Shown one piece after another: positions 15,657 through 29,220 of a stretch of DNA of 64,000 nt (position 1 is the stretch's first letter; each line of letters starts with the position of its first letter). A program made the position numbers and the translations under genes. Source of the stretch: the human T2T-CHM13v2.0 reference genome, Homo sapiens; the NCBI RefSeq assembly GCF_009914755.1, contig NC_060927.1; one strand, 5' to 3'. The notes under the pieces were generated by a model that ran no database searches, was not told the DNA's origin, and saw only the letters and a program-made list of their open reading frames with translations.

Positions 15657-16709
15657 TGTATTCCTTCGATTTTTGAATTATTTTCTTGTTTGATTTGAAA
15701 ACTTTGGGTGGATTGAGAGATTCTTTTTTTGTTCAAACCAAAATACAACACTTATTTCTAAAACAAAGCAGCATTGGCACATTGAGGTTCGGAGGCTGAT
15801 CCTTAGATGCAGTTACTGTAAGTCAAATAGCAATTTCATTATCAAATTCTGCAGAATTGATACTTTTTCTGGGGTAGGTCTGCCTTGGCACTGAAAATGC
15901 TAAAAACAATTGTAGACGTTGTTTTTGAAATTTTGTTTGTTTGTCTTATTTTGTTTTTAAGAAAAATCTGAAAGTCATTTTTCTCAAAGGGCCCCAAATG
16001 CCTCCTAAAAACACAATTCCTCTAGCAGAGGCCTGACTCTGCTGAATGATAACAGCCCTCTGCCCATTCATCATACAGACCTGAAATAAGGGGAGTCCAC
16101 TTCTCACTTGGGCAAATGAGGGGAGTCCACTCCTCACCAGGGCAACAGCCAGGCCCTCTGGTGCTAAGAAAGGCAGGATGCAGAGAGCAAGAAGGAAGAA
16201 AGTGGGCCCAGCCCCTGCACTCTGAGCCTGCCCAGCCCTTGTGGTAGGTGTTGCTTTATTTGAATGGTTTTTGGTTCCAGAGCCCACTTTTACTCTTAGC
16301 TTCCTGCTTGCTACCTTCCTGGCTTCAGCTATGCCCACTCCATTTTCATACTCCATCTTAGTACCTCGAAGAATCAGCCATGTTCAATACCCCAGGCCTG
16401 TGCCCTGCCCTAGAGGGAAGGAGACACTTAACGAACTGTGAAGTATAGCCATCATGTTCTCATGAACCTTTTTTGGTAGCTGAGCATGAAAATGCCTCAC
16501 CATTTGGTGGGAAGACTGAAGAGAGGCAAATTCATTCCTACAAAGAATATGACCTGGCTAAGGTCCAAGATGCTATGGCCATTAAGTTAAATGAGAGGTG
16601 GGGAGTAACCATCTGTTAGCTGTGCAAAGTAAATAAAAAGCAGACATCTGGGGAGACAGGTGATAGGGTGGAAATGAAGGTGAACTGAAATGCAGGAGGG
16701 TTATGTGTA

Positions 16710-16826
16710 GCCTTAGCTTTGCTGACCATAGTATCAGTGTGACTTTGGGGAAGGTCACTAAACCTCACAGGACCTTAGTTTCCTCAGCAGCACATCAAGA
16801 GCATGGAACTGGACGACTATCAAGGT
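16710..16826 (+). mobile_element. MIR fragment
   Basis: MIR core: gtgtgactttggggaaggtcactaaacctc...agtttcctca. Confidence 0.6.
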
Positions 16827-17578
16827 AGTTACAAACCCAAAAGATTTTTCTTGACCCCAGTCGACCTGTCCAGCTAATGTGGACACACATTAAGTACAGC
16901 CTTTGCTCATAATAGGGATTCAATATGCTAAACTGAAGGTCCAAGGGCAATCTAATTAAGCAGACAGTGGGCTGTGGCTATTTCTGATGCCTACAACGCC
17001 CTTCAAAACTGTCCTTTGGTCTACTCAGCCTTGCCCTTAGCTATCAGTGTGTTAGCATCCTTTGCTGACTTACAGAGAACAACAGCTACACAAGTGTTAA
17101 AATTCCTTGTCACCCTTGCCGGATAATATTCTTACTGAGGAGTCAACATATTCTGTGCTACGTCCAGAAAGTTTTTTGTTTCATTTGGTGTATTTGTAAG
17201 CTCAAATGAAGTCCTTTGTCCTCAAAAGTATTTCTTATAAATTTTGGTAATGAATTCAGATGGTGGCCAAGGGGCAAAGAAGAGTCATATCTTAAAACTG
17301 AATGGTGATAAGCACCTCAATCCTCACTTCAGATGAAAAGGTCAAAAGTTTTCTCTCAACAATTCCTGCAGTACTTTCATTAGTGTGAACACTTACACAA
17401 ACAAAAATTATTTTCTCTCAAATAAAAAGGTATTAAGTATCATAAATTCATGTCTCTTCTTAATAAGTTATTCACTGAGGATTCACTCACCGAAAAAGAA
17501 AACTGCTATTAATTTATAAGGCAAAGAATATTACTTTGACCCAAGTTATGGGCTCCGAAACTGAATACACATCACAAA

Positions 17579-18206
17579 TGTGAAAATAAGTAATTGAAAA
17601 TCTAAGCTGTTGGAATCCTAAATTATTCTGAGCCTTAAAGAGTGTGATTATGGGACCTAGGTCATGTGACAAGCAGCTGTAACCTAGGCAGCTATAATCA
17701 AGGTGCTATAACTTTTGTTTCTCTGATTACATATTAGCTTTCCTCCTTACCTACATTATTTTGTAAAATGTTGCAAATGACTAAAGGGTACCAGGAAAAA
17801 CCCCTACCCTCTTCACCGTTAATCTTCATCATAGATTAACTTCCCTCTTTCCTTTCTTACACGAAGGCTTCATGGCTACCATATTGTCTTAAGATGAAAT
17901 GTTAAATACACTTTTTCTAATTAAAAAGGAAATGAAAACAAGCTATACAGAAAAGAAAGGCCATATGGAAAAGAGAACAAAATGTAACTAATTAAATTGT
18001 TGTAACTTGTAAAACCAGCCTCACATAGAAAATGTTATAATCTCACTAAACTTCTTTGTTTTCTGCTTGTATAAGTAAGAAGTTAACTTTGGAGCACTGA
18101 CCCCATTTTTCTGGAGTCTTTGCCTCCCAGATGACCATTCCCAGCTTTTCACTTGAATAAACTCTTTAAACTAGATTCTGATCCTTTCAGTTATTTCAGG
18201 TGGACA
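17579..18206 (+). mobile_element. ERV1 solo LTR (LTR49-like)
   Basis: TG...CA ends and AATAAA near the 3' end; homologous to the inverted copy at 34056-35553. Confidence 0.75.
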
Positions 18207-18399
18207 GAAAAAAATAAAATATTGAATTGGATTACAATAACAGCTCCTCTCATTTTCTATTGACCTAAATGGCTGATGCTGTGGAAACAGTGTGATTTCT
18301 ATTCTATATTAATAAGTCAATAGCTTGAAGTGACATTAAAAGTAAAAGCATTTGTTTTGTTAATTTATTTTACTACAAAAAACACTGAACAAAATCAAA

Positions 18400-19348
18400 A
18401 TAAAAGAAGAACATCCTATGAAGTGAAATTGCCTCTGTTTGCTGATGACATGATCTTATATATAGAAAATCCTAAAGACTCTTAAAAAAAAAACCTATTA
18501 CAACTGATCATGAATTCAGTGAAGTTGCAGGATACAAAATCAACTTAGAAAAATCAGTACCATTTCTATATACTATCTGAAAAAGAAATTGAGAAAGCAA
18601 TCCCATTTACAACAGCAACAAAAAATAAAATACTTAGAAGTAAATTTAACCAAGGGAGTGAAAGACCTGTATAATGAAAACTATAAAACATTGTTGAAAG
18701 AAAGTAAAGATGGAACAAATACATAGAAAGATATCCCATGTTCATAAATTGGAAGAATTAATATTTTTAAAATGTCCATATTGCCTCAAGTGATCTACAA
18801 ATCCAATGCAATCCCTATCAAAACTCCAATGTCATTCTTCACAGAAATAAAAAACATAATTCTAAAACTTGTATGAAATCACACAAAAAAACTTAGCCAA
18901 AACAATCTTGACCAAAAAGAACAAAACTAGAGGCTTTACAGTACTGGATTTCAAAATACATTACAAAACTATAGTAATCAAAACATAGTGGTACTGACAT
19001 AAAAACAGACACATTAACCAATGGAATAGGATAGAGATTCCAAAATAAACCCACAAACCTATATTCAGTTAGTATTCAACAAAGGTGCCAAGAACACACA
19101 ATGAGGAAATGATCAACACCTCCAATCATCAGAAAAATGTATATTAAAATTACAATGAGATGTCACCTCACATGTGTTAGATAGGCTATTATAAAAAAGA
19201 TGAAAGATAACACATGTTGGTGAGTATGTGGAGAAAAGATAAACCTTATACACAGTTCATATTGTTCATTAGTACAGCCATTTTGGAAAATAATATGAAG
19301 GTTTCTCAAAAATTAATAATAGAAGTACTGTATGATCCAGCCATCCTG
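18400..19348 (+). mobile_element. L1 (L1MA/L1PB-like) ORF2 fragment, with an internal deletion near 19110
   Basis: RT catalytic motif LFADDMI (ctgtttgctgatgacatgatc) followed by colinear ORF2 sequence. Confidence 0.9.
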
Positions 19349-19664
19349 TTAGTAGCATTGCTTTTTCCTTTTTTCTTTGTCTTCTCTCTGGTTATTGAAT
19401 GTTCGGTTTAATTGAGACTTTTCCAATATGTATGAATCAGCACCAGTTCATGTGCTATTTTAAATACACTGGAATAATGGCATGCAGTGCTAGGTGCACT
19501 ATAGTTAGCACACAATACATGGTTAAGTAAGAGTGAATCAGCTTTTGACAGTTATAGAGGAATTTTTACAGTCATGCCAGTAATATATAAATAATGAAAA
19601 AAATACTAAAAGTGAAAAAATAAGAAATAAAGAAGGAAATCAATATTGATTTAGGCTTTGTGGC

Positions 19665-19865
19665 TGGTGTTGTACTAGGCCTTTTCATCTGTAATGACTT
19701 CAATTTAGACTTACAACAGCCCTGTGAGGTAGGCAGGCTACTGTAAAGCTTTTAGAGATGAAGAAATGCACACTCAGAAAGGCCAAATCACTTGCCTAAA
19801 GTTGCACATTTTATAAGTAACAGAATCAGAATCTCAACCCAAGCCCCATTAACTCCAGAGGCCAA
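19665..19865 (-). mobile_element. MIR
   Basis: acaacagccctgtgaggtagg...gatgaagaaat...tcacttgcctaaagt. Confidence 0.75.
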
Positions 19866-20369
19866 ACTGTAAACAATAAGTAACTGAATAGACAAATTGG
19901 AAAATTATTTTGAAGGCACAGGCATTTAAAGAATTTCAATAAGGTCAAAACCACACAATTGATTACAATATATTTTATATTATTCTGACATATCTGTGCA
20001 ATAAATATTTAAATGGAGACAATAAACAGAACTTTGGATTTTGGTTTAAATTAGAAGAATGTACCCATATTTCCTCCAGGCCCAGCTGAAACCTCCTCCC
20101 TTAGTCAAGCAATGAGTGCAGACCTGGTAGTCTATTCAGAGAGGTTACTCAATCCTGTCTGGATTGAATAATGAGAATTGAGGCCGATAGATTACAAAAG
20201 CACACAGCCAAGTCATCACTATAACAGGCGTACTTTATGATTTTGAGAAATATACTAAACATTTGGGCTGTTCAAGGCCTACTCCTCTTTCATCGTGCTT
20301 CTAAGTAAGTCAGAAATACTGGTCCTAGAGTATCTCCTTCCCAGAGGATTCCTTGGGTTGAAGACCAGG

Positions 20370-20750
20370 TGTATTCATCTGCTTGAGCTGCTATAACACA
20401 ATACCTTAGACTGGGGTGACTTAAACCACAGACATTTATTTCTCATAGTTTAGAGGCTGGGAAGCCCAAGATGAAGGTGATTGTCAATTCAGTTCTTGGT
20501 GAGAGCTCCCTTCCTCACTTGCAGATGGCCACCTTCTCACTGTGTCCACACAGGGCACACAGAGAACGATATCTCTCTATTTCTCTTCCTATAAAGTGAC
20601 TAATCTCATCATGACGGCCCCACTCTCATGACTTTGGGAGGTAATCTAACCCTCATTACCTCCCAAAGGCCCCGTTTCTAAATACCAACACATTGGGGTT
20701 GAGGGCTTCAAGATATGAATTTGGGAGAGGACACAATTTAGTCCATAATA
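20370..20750 (-). mobile_element. MLT1A-type solo LTR
   Basis: Typical MLT1A antisense body; 5-bp TSD ccagg on both sides. Confidence 0.9.
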
Positions 20751-21169
20751 CCAGGTGATGCTAAAATCTTGGGGGACTTACAAATTTTTCCTTTCTCAAA
20801 TTATCCTATCTCATGATTCTTGCTTATTTTCACCTTTTCTTTCAATGTAAGTGAGGTACTGCTTTTAATTAGGCTTCACTAAGAGGCAGGATCTCATAAC
20901 TTCTCAAATCATGTACTTCAATCAATTCAGAGATCAGGGAAAATATCAGTGGCCCAGAGCAGGTAATTTATCATATTCTATATAGTTGAGATTTAAGTTG
21001 ACTGTCTGTCAAGGGGTGTGTGCAATCCCTGTGAGAAATTCAGGTTTATGAGAAACCTTGCTTTTAAATAATGAAGTGGATGTGAGAACTGAGCTTTTAT
21101 ATCTCATTGCTGGAGCTGATGATGAGTGTGGTGGAGCAGCTCAGGAGCTGTTGCTGCTGTACAATGCGG

Positions 21170-21290
21170 TGCAGTGGACAGCACCTAGGTTCCAGCCGCA
21201 CTTCTGCAACATATTAGCTGTGTGACCTCAGGCAAGTCACTTCACTCTCCTGAGTCTGTTTCCTTTGCAAATAGCAATGATGATAAAAGA
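21170..21290 (+). mobile_element. MIR fragment
   Basis: tagctgtgtgacctcaggcaagtcacttcactctcctgagtctgtttcc. Confidence 0.7.
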
Positions 21291-22300
21291 GACAAATACA
21301 AATACTGCAGGTGTGGAACAGATAACACCTAATCATTTTAAGATGCTGTTACTGCAATGATCACACCTGACACTCACTATCTGGAAATAGTTTAAGGCCT
21401 TGGTTTCCCAGGTACCCTAAAATTGGCATTCCAGAGCTGTTTGGTAGGAGCATCAATATTTTCCCCTTGCTTTGTGCCTGTGGCCCTAGGCTCCCTTAAG
21501 ATCCTAAATATGATGACCTAAGATAAGAATGTCCCTATAACAGAGCACTTCTCTAAACTCAGTCATGTCTGACATGTCACTTTGCAGACTCTGTTATCAG
21601 GGGACTTGTTTAGCCTTTTTATCTTCAAAGCAAAATGTTCTTAAAGGGTTTACTCTTTAATGGTAGCAAAACAAACCACTCTTCAGCCTCTTCTAAATGG
21701 TGAGGGTATCTGGTCAGATGTAAAGAGAGGGAAAGATTAATTTAAAGAGAACCCTTCCCTTCTGACTCTAGCTGCCTTGTGTCTTAATCAGGGTCACTCG
21801 AGCAATCAGTCCACAAAAAATGGAATAACCTGTCTTAGAAAATTTGTTTCTAACAGAAAGCCAGCTACTACCAGTTTAGAGAAATTAGCTGAAGTGAGAG
21901 GTAAACTCTATGAATATGCAGGATAGAAAATGATTGAAATGAAACCTATGATGTTGGCCAAATCTGCAGACAACTTGCCTGTGCTCAGGAGACACTGCAC
22001 TACCTATAGGGCAGGCCTAGAGGAAAGGCCGGTAGGAAGTGGAGAGGCACTGCTGGGGGGCAGGGAGACATGACATCTCAGGATGTGGAAATGGAAAGGG
22101 AAGGCAAACTCTCACTATGGATAAGCGGAGCATCTGGTTCAGAAACAAAATATACAAACAAATCTTAAGAATGGTCTGAGAAAGTGATCAAGCAGTTAGA
22201 GCTCCAGAAAGAGATTCCACTAAACAGCTAAGATTATTCCAGGACTGCAGAGTCGGCCTCCAGCCCTGCTCAGTGGCCTTCTACACAGAAAATGGCATAT

Positions 22301-22693
22301 TGTCATGGATTGAATTGTGTCTCTCCCAAATTCCTATGCTGAAGTTTTAACCCCTAGTACCTTAGGATGTGATTATTTTTGGAGATAGCGTCTTTAAAGA
22401 GGTAATTAAGGTGAAGTGAGGTCATAAGTGTGGGAACCTAATCCAATATGACTGGTGTTTTTTAGAAGCCAAGGAAAAGACACCAGAGATCTGCACAGGC
22501 AGGAAAAAGACCATGTGAGAATATAGTGAGAAGGCAGCCATCTGCAAACCAGGGAGAGGCCTCAGGAGAATCCAGACCTGCTGACACCCTGATCTTGGAC
22601 TTCTAGTCTCCAGAACTGTGAAAAATAAATTTCTGTTGTTTGAGCCACCCAGTCTGTGGGATTTTGCTATGGCAGCCCTAACAGACTAATGTA
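22301..22693 (+). mobile_element. MLT1A/B solo LTR
   Basis: tgtcatggattgaattgtgt ... aataaatttctgttgtttgagccaccc ... ggcagccctaacagactaat. Confidence 0.9.
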
Positions 22694-23022
22694 TATATGC
22701 AGTGGGAACTAATCCCAAATCAAAAAGATCATGCATACAAGAAATAGTTAATATTTTATTTTTCTACAGCTCTATTACAAGTAATTTCAGAACCTCAAAC
22801 TGCTACCTTCCCTACCACAGGCAGTGTACGATTTAATGTCAGTCTACCCTGGATTCCCTCATTACCTAGGCATGGGGAAGGGAGAGCTCCCTATCTGTCT
22901 CTTGGGCATTATGGAGCAATGTTTGTCCTTCAGATGGGTCCTTAAGTTTGGGAATCTCTGTGATGCTGCAATAGTCCTATTGGCCTAGATTTACCATTAC
23001 GTGGTTTTATTTTCTGTGGTCA

Positions 23023-23540
23023 TGTTGGGGCTCAGAAACCGATACTCCATAACATATGGCACAGCAACATGCCACACTGAACAAGAAGCCTCAAGGTCTC
23101 TCTGAATTCCCCACAACCACTACTATCTATACACTTTTCCTAAGAAGTTGAAGTTCTTTTATAGGCCTAATGTCCAGACCCACCAACGAGAACAGTTGTT
23201 TTTTCTTCCCTTCCCTATAAGACCAAGAATGTAACCACACCTGAATAGATCCTTTCACTGTCAAAGACAACTATTACAAGTTAATCTCCATTCCTAGATC
23301 TACTCATTCACGCTAATAATCCCCTCAGAATAATTCCTCTTTCTCCCCTTCTATAACCTGTTTTGCCAGGATGGTGTATAAACTTCCGTCCCTCACTGGG
23401 AGGTTGTATTCTTTCTGAAGGATCCTATGTATACACGTTAAATAAATTTGTATACCTTTTCTCCTATTAATCTGCATCTTGTCTGTGATTTTTCAGCAAA
23501 CTTTCAGAGGGCCAAGGGGAAAGTTATCCCTTGACCCACA
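23023..23540 (+). mobile_element. ERV1 solo LTR (MER39-like)
   Basis: Starts tgttggggctcagaaaccgatac; AATAAA; ends cagagggccaaggggaaagttatcccttgacccaca. Confidence 0.75.
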
Positions 23541-23735
23541 CTGTCACACCATCTTCCCTTAACACTGCAGGAAAAAAGGCCTGGGACTCTACTGCTTACG
23601 TAGGATTTCAGGATACTCTCCACAGTATAGTAGGAAACTCAGCCATGGGCTTATCATCCTTTCATACCCTAATTATAACTGCAGGCTGGAGTGTCAAGCA
23701 TGGCTACTTAAAATAAGGGCAATGACTGACTATAC

Positions 23736-24476
23736 TGCCATTGTCCGATGGGTTCTTCCTGACTGCTGCACAGACAAAATCAATCCACTGAGACCACAGC
23801 ATTGCAGAGGAGGAAGAGATTAACTGACAGGAGGTCAGCCCACTCAGGAGAGCTGAAGCTATTCCTCAAATCAGTCTCCCTAAGGGCAGCTGACTCGGGT
23901 TTTTGTGGGCAGTTTGGTAGGTAGAGGGCTAGGGAGTGGGTGCTGCTGATTGGTTGGAGATAAAATCACAGGGGTGTGGAAAATGATCCTCATGCTCTTT
24001 GTCTGCCTCTAGGTGGGGCCACAGGACCCGTTGAGTCAGGAGTCAGGAGTCCACGTGGAGTCAGTCTGAGAAACATCTCAAAAAAACAATCTTAGGTTTT
24101 ATAATAGTGATGCTATCTATAGGAGCAATTGGGAAGGTCACAAATCTTGTGACCTCTGGCCACAGGACCCCTGAACAGTAAGGAATTATAGAAACTATGC
24201 TTACATCTTAGCAGAGTTTAGACCCCTCTCATAATCCTATTCTTGTGGTCTTTCATTAGTCTAATAAAGGTAATTTTTGGTCCCTAGGCGAGAAGGGGTT
24301 TAGTTTTAGGGAGAGACTATTATCATCCTTGCTTTTACGTTAGAGTGTAAATTAAATTCCTCCTAAAGTTAGCTTGGCCTATGCCCAGGAATGACCAAGG
24401 ATAGCCTGGAGGTCAGAAGCAAGATGAAGTCAACTAACATTTCTCTTACTGTCATAATTTTGCAAAGGCAGTTTCT
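23736..24476 (-). mobile_element. LTR8A-like ERV1 solo LTR
   Basis: Reverse complement begins gaaactgcctttgcaaaattatgacagtaagagaaa; TSD atac; homologous to 40330-41027. Confidence 0.85.
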
Positions 24477-24490
24477 ATACATATGCGCTT

Positions 24491-24497
<7 letters not shown>

Positions 24498-24537
<40 letters not shown>
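24498..24537. repeat. (CA)n microsatellite, about 20 units
   Basis: Read directly from the sequence. Confidence 0.98.
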
Positions 24538-24542
<5 letters not shown>

Positions 24543-24682
24543 GTAACTATGTAGAGAAAATGGATATGTTAATTTAGCTTGACTGTGTATGTCAAAACAT
24601 CAAGTTGTACCCCATAAATGCATATCATGTTTATATGTCAATCAATAATAAAAATAAATAATAATAAATATAATAGTAATAA
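24538..24682 (+). mobile_element. L1M 3' terminus with A-rich tail
   Basis: aatggtaactatgt...gatatgttaatttagcttgactgtg...aaacatcaagttgtac followed by an aataa tail. Confidence 0.7.
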
Positions 24683-25354
24683 TAAATAAAATTCTAAGCC
24701 CCTCAACTGACAAAATGGACTCCCTCTTAGCCAAGGGGTCTCCAGAGAAACCTTGAAAACTAAGTTCTCAGCAATGACAGAATGGGAGGTTAGATGCGCC
24801 TTGGTATACCCCGTCCCTCACTAACTGCCATGAGGCTTTCTTCCCTAAGGGCTAAACAAAAACCAGCCCTTTTGAAAGACTCCACCATTGATAGCAACCA
24901 ACTGCCTGACACTGCCCCTCTGTTTTATGGTTTCAACAGCACAACTGAGCAGCATTTCTTTCTGATAAGAGACTACCATTGGTAGATAGTAGTCTCAAAG
25001 ATTGGTAGTCTCTTATCTTATGTTTGCTGAGGATTTGCATATCCTCTGCTTCGCCTTTTGACGGAGAGGGCTGAAAACTCCACACCCAGGTGAAGCTAAT
25101 CCTGCTATTATTTGTACATGGGACGCATGATATTCATGACTTCTCCTGCAGCTCATTGAATAAGTATATTTAGCCACCCTGCTCAGCATAAATTCCTGTT
25201 CCCTTTGCCCCTCCTTTGAAGTGCCTGTTTCCAGCTTCTGGCTAGAAGCTGTGCTTCCCAGCCTGTCATAATGTCCATCCTGCAGCCTGCAATCCTTTAT
25301 GAAAAATAAAGCTCTCCTTTCAAAGTTTATGAACTTATAATTCTTCAGTCAATA
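24683..25354 (+). mobile_element. MER50-like ERV1 solo LTR
   Basis: aaataaaattctaagcccc start motif; ttttgacggagagggctgaaaactcc; aataaagctctccttt. Confidence 0.75.
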
Positions 25355-25421
25355 CAATGATATCTCCATTTAAAAAAAAATAAGGACAACGACTCTTATT
25401 GGCTTTGAATTCCTACAATGG

Positions 25422-25712
25422 CATCACTTGGAAGCTCGTCAGAATTGTAGACTCTCAGACTCTAACCCACAGTCAGAAACTGCAGTTTAACCATATTCCC
25501 AGGGGATTTTTTAAATGCACATTAAAGTTTGAGAGGCAGTGGGCTAGGGAAATGATTCTCAAACTGTAGCAGGAATCAGAATCACCTGGAGGCCTTGCTG
25601 AATTACAAGGGCTTGGTCCACTCCCCTAGACTCTGATTCAGCTGGTCTCAGGTAGGGCCTGAGTGATCGTCATGCTGCTAGTCTGAGGACCACAATTTGA
25701 GTAGAATTGGTA
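25422..25712. mobile_element. Two adjacent MER5 (hAT-Charlie) MITEs
   Basis: catcacttggaagctcgtcagaa...aaagtttgagaggcagtg and ttctcaaactg...atcagaatcacctggagg. Confidence 0.7.
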
Positions 25713-25875
25713 TGGAGTGTATAAAAGTATGTTAGTGTTTTATAAGTTAAGAGACCCTGGGTAACTTTTCCTGATTATCTTATTATGACTTGAGGCAGAT
25801 CTGTCATAACATTTGTAGAGCAAGAATATCAAAGGAGACCCACACACCATTTGTATAAACATTTAAAAGTTATGA

Positions 25876-26212
<337 letters not shown>

Positions 26213-26754
26213 TTAAAATGTCTTATTCTCTATCTTGGCAAATACACCTCCAGGATGATGTGAAACATCATGCTTAAATGTGGAATTCTCAGGAATCTTC
26301 AGAATTTCATATACCTCGTTGTTCATGATCTGCCCCCTTTCTCCTCCTACTCCCACGACCCTATCCAGGGAAAAGACTCAGGAAGTGGGCTCAGAGCCTT
26401 TTGGGCAAGGAATTCCAGTGTCTTAGGCACCCAGAGGAATGGGCCCGGAAGGGGAAGCCTCTTGTGTGGCATGTCACTTGGCTTCATAGGCTCCTTGCAT
26501 ATAGGGAGGAGTGAAGCCAGAGAAGAGCCAGATGGGGCCCATTAAAGTGCAGGACACAGAGCAAGTCTCACCACAGTCATGTCTAAGAACAAGCAGATTG
26601 GAAGTCTTGGGGAAGTCTGTGATTTTCTGATCATATTCTGGAAGTCATGAGACTATTTAGTGCCCCCTAACAAGTTTATAAGATAAAATGCAACCATTGA
26701 CCTACTAAGTTCTATGACTCTTCATCTAGTTCCTAGACCAGAGGCACCAGCTTC

Positions 26755-27093
26755 TTAAGGGCTGGATGTTTACGTTCCCTCAAAATTCATATGCTGGGGA
26801 CTTTGGGAAGCAACTAGAGTTAGATAAGGTCATGAGAGTGGCCCCTGATGGGATTAGTGCCCTTAATAAAAGAGATAACAGACAGCTTGTGTTCACATAC
26901 ACTCTGTCCCTTTCTCTTTCTCATGTGAGGACAGAGTGGCTGTCTGGAAGCAAGAAAGACAGCCCACACCAGCAAAGATCAAGGTGCTGGATCTTGGACT
27001 TCCCATTTTCAAAAACTGTAGGAAAATGACTTTCTGTTGTTTAAGCCACCAAACTATGGTATTTTGTTATGGCTGCCCAAGTCAACTAACACA
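26755..27093 (+). mobile_element. MaLR LTR (MST/MLT1A-like) within MER5 remnants
   Basis: aaattcatatg...gggattagtgcccttaataaaagag...ttaagccaccaaactatggtattttgttatggctgccc. Confidence 0.75.
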
Positions 27094-27839
27094 AACATTA
27101 GCTGGGGACTTGCTAGAAAGGCAAATTCCCTGGCCCACACTAGACCTACGGAATAAGAAACTCTGGGATAGGGCCCCAGTAATGTAATTCTGATACATGT
27201 TTCCATTGTTCAAAGAACAATTTTTTATTCTTCTATGTTCCCCCATCAGGAACAACTTGGAGAATATTTTTCATAAGAATTCAGCTTTGGACTCCTTATA
27301 GCTGAAAATACTACCTGCTCCATTATCAGCAGGATCTCTCCATTTCCCATCAAGTTCATGAATACAAAACGAGACTGCTGATATAATGTGTGTTAAATTG
27401 TTGTACCTGATTAAAAATACCAAAAAAATCGATCAATGTGCTCTATCTGTAAGAATTTTCAGATGCATCCTTTTGTTTGAAATAAAATGTCTTTTCATAT
27501 TTTTATCTCTTTTAAAATTACAGTGATAAGACCTTAGAAAAGGGTTGCTAAAAAGCACATTTTAGAAAGACACATTTCTTTGATTTAAATTCAAATTTAT
27601 ATTCATGTAGGCATAAATATCACAAGGGGATATGACAACCATTTATTGCTTCAACCTCTTTCCTCAGCTTCTTGTGAAAATCATGTCTCCATAGTAATAT
27701 TTAAATATAAAGAGATGAGAAGGAGATTTAATATAAAAATAATAATTAGCACTTGGATTTAAGCAATCATAGCATGCTGAAACCTCATATGTGCCCCATG
27801 AGAAGAGCTAGAAAAGAAAGTCATATGTCTTAATCTACT

Positions 27840-28035
27840 TGTGAGTGCCTCTTTATATACCTCATGTTACATTCAACCATCACAGCATATTGAGGTTAGT
27901 AGCATTATCCCATTTTGCAAATGAAAAAAAGGTAGACTCAGGCAGCATAGGTATCTTTCTGAGAGCAATTTGGTTAGCAAATAGTGGCTATGGGATCTGA
28001 ACCAAGAGTGTCTAGCTCCAAAGAAATTCTCTATT
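27840..28035 (-). mobile_element. MIR
   Basis: attatcccattttgcaaatgaaaaaa...gggatctgaaccaag. Confidence 0.65.
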
Positions 28036-28874
28036 TTCCCAGAACATCACAATGCCCTCTTAAACTTGAGAAAAAATGCATTATGATCTTACAGCCTGAC
28101 CTTCTCCGGGGAAACTTTGCAATATTGCAGTTACATAGTTCAGACCCTATTAATTTTTGCTACACTTGCTATAAGAACTTTCTAAAGAATATCCCACTCT
28201 CTAGTCCAAGTTTGTCTATGTACCACTGCTAGAATTAGTTCTCCGAAAAGTAAGATTAATCATGTTCTCCCTCCAGTAAAATCCTCACCTCGGCCTTCAA
28301 GATTTAGCTCAAACTCTTTAGTGTGACACAGAAGGTCTTTCCCAGTTTATCGTCTGCCTACATGGTAAATCCTACCACCTCTCATGACTCCACTCCTACT
28401 GGCAGCCTGTGCTCTACCCTTAATGAGCCACTTCTATTCCTGTTTGGATCATGCATCTTGCCTTTCCACCATCTGTCCCAAGGTTTCGCGGACCCCTGAA
28501 ATGTTCCGAGTGCCTTTCTTGACTCTTTTCACTTAACTACTTCCTAGCTGTCCTTCCAGGCCAACTTGTAGGATCACTTGTGCTCACTTGTGCTGCATGG
28601 TAACCTTCAGAGTCTGATTTGAGTCTGTCTCTTGGTGTCTTCTGATTCCTTCTATCAGGGCACTTAGGGCATGTTGGAACTGTTTATTTTTACAAATGCT
28701 TTGCCCCAGCCCATGCCAGCCCAACATCAATAACTAAATGGGCTGTGGTTTTCTGGCACTGGCCCACTCAGGCAGGACTACTTGGATCTTGAAATCCCCC
28801 TCCCACGTTTGTAGAAATCCTCATGAATAAGTGTCTTCGCCTGCACCAGCTACTGAAATCTTGCCTGGAGACTA

Positions 28875-29220
28875 TAGTTATTCATCACTTAACAATGGGA
28901 ATACATTCTAGGAAATTAGTCATTAGATGGTCATCATTGTGTAGTCATCATAGAGTGTACTTACACAAACCTAGACAGCAAACACCACCACACCCCTGGG
29001 CTATATGGTATAACCTATTGCTCCTAGGCTATGAACCTGTACGGCGTGTTACTGTACTGAATATTGTAGACGAATGTAACACAGTGGTAAGTATTTGTGC
29101 ATCTAAACATATCTAAACATTGAAAAGATATGGTAGGAAGACAGTGTTATAATCTTATGGGACCACTATTATATATGCAGTCAGTTGTTGACTGAAACAT
29201 TGTTACGCAGCGCATGACTG
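28875..29220 (+). mobile_element. Tigger3a (MER7A)-like DNA transposon
   Basis: catagagtgtacttacacaaacctaga...cctattgctcctaggcta...; ends gcagcgcatgactg. Confidence 0.88.
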
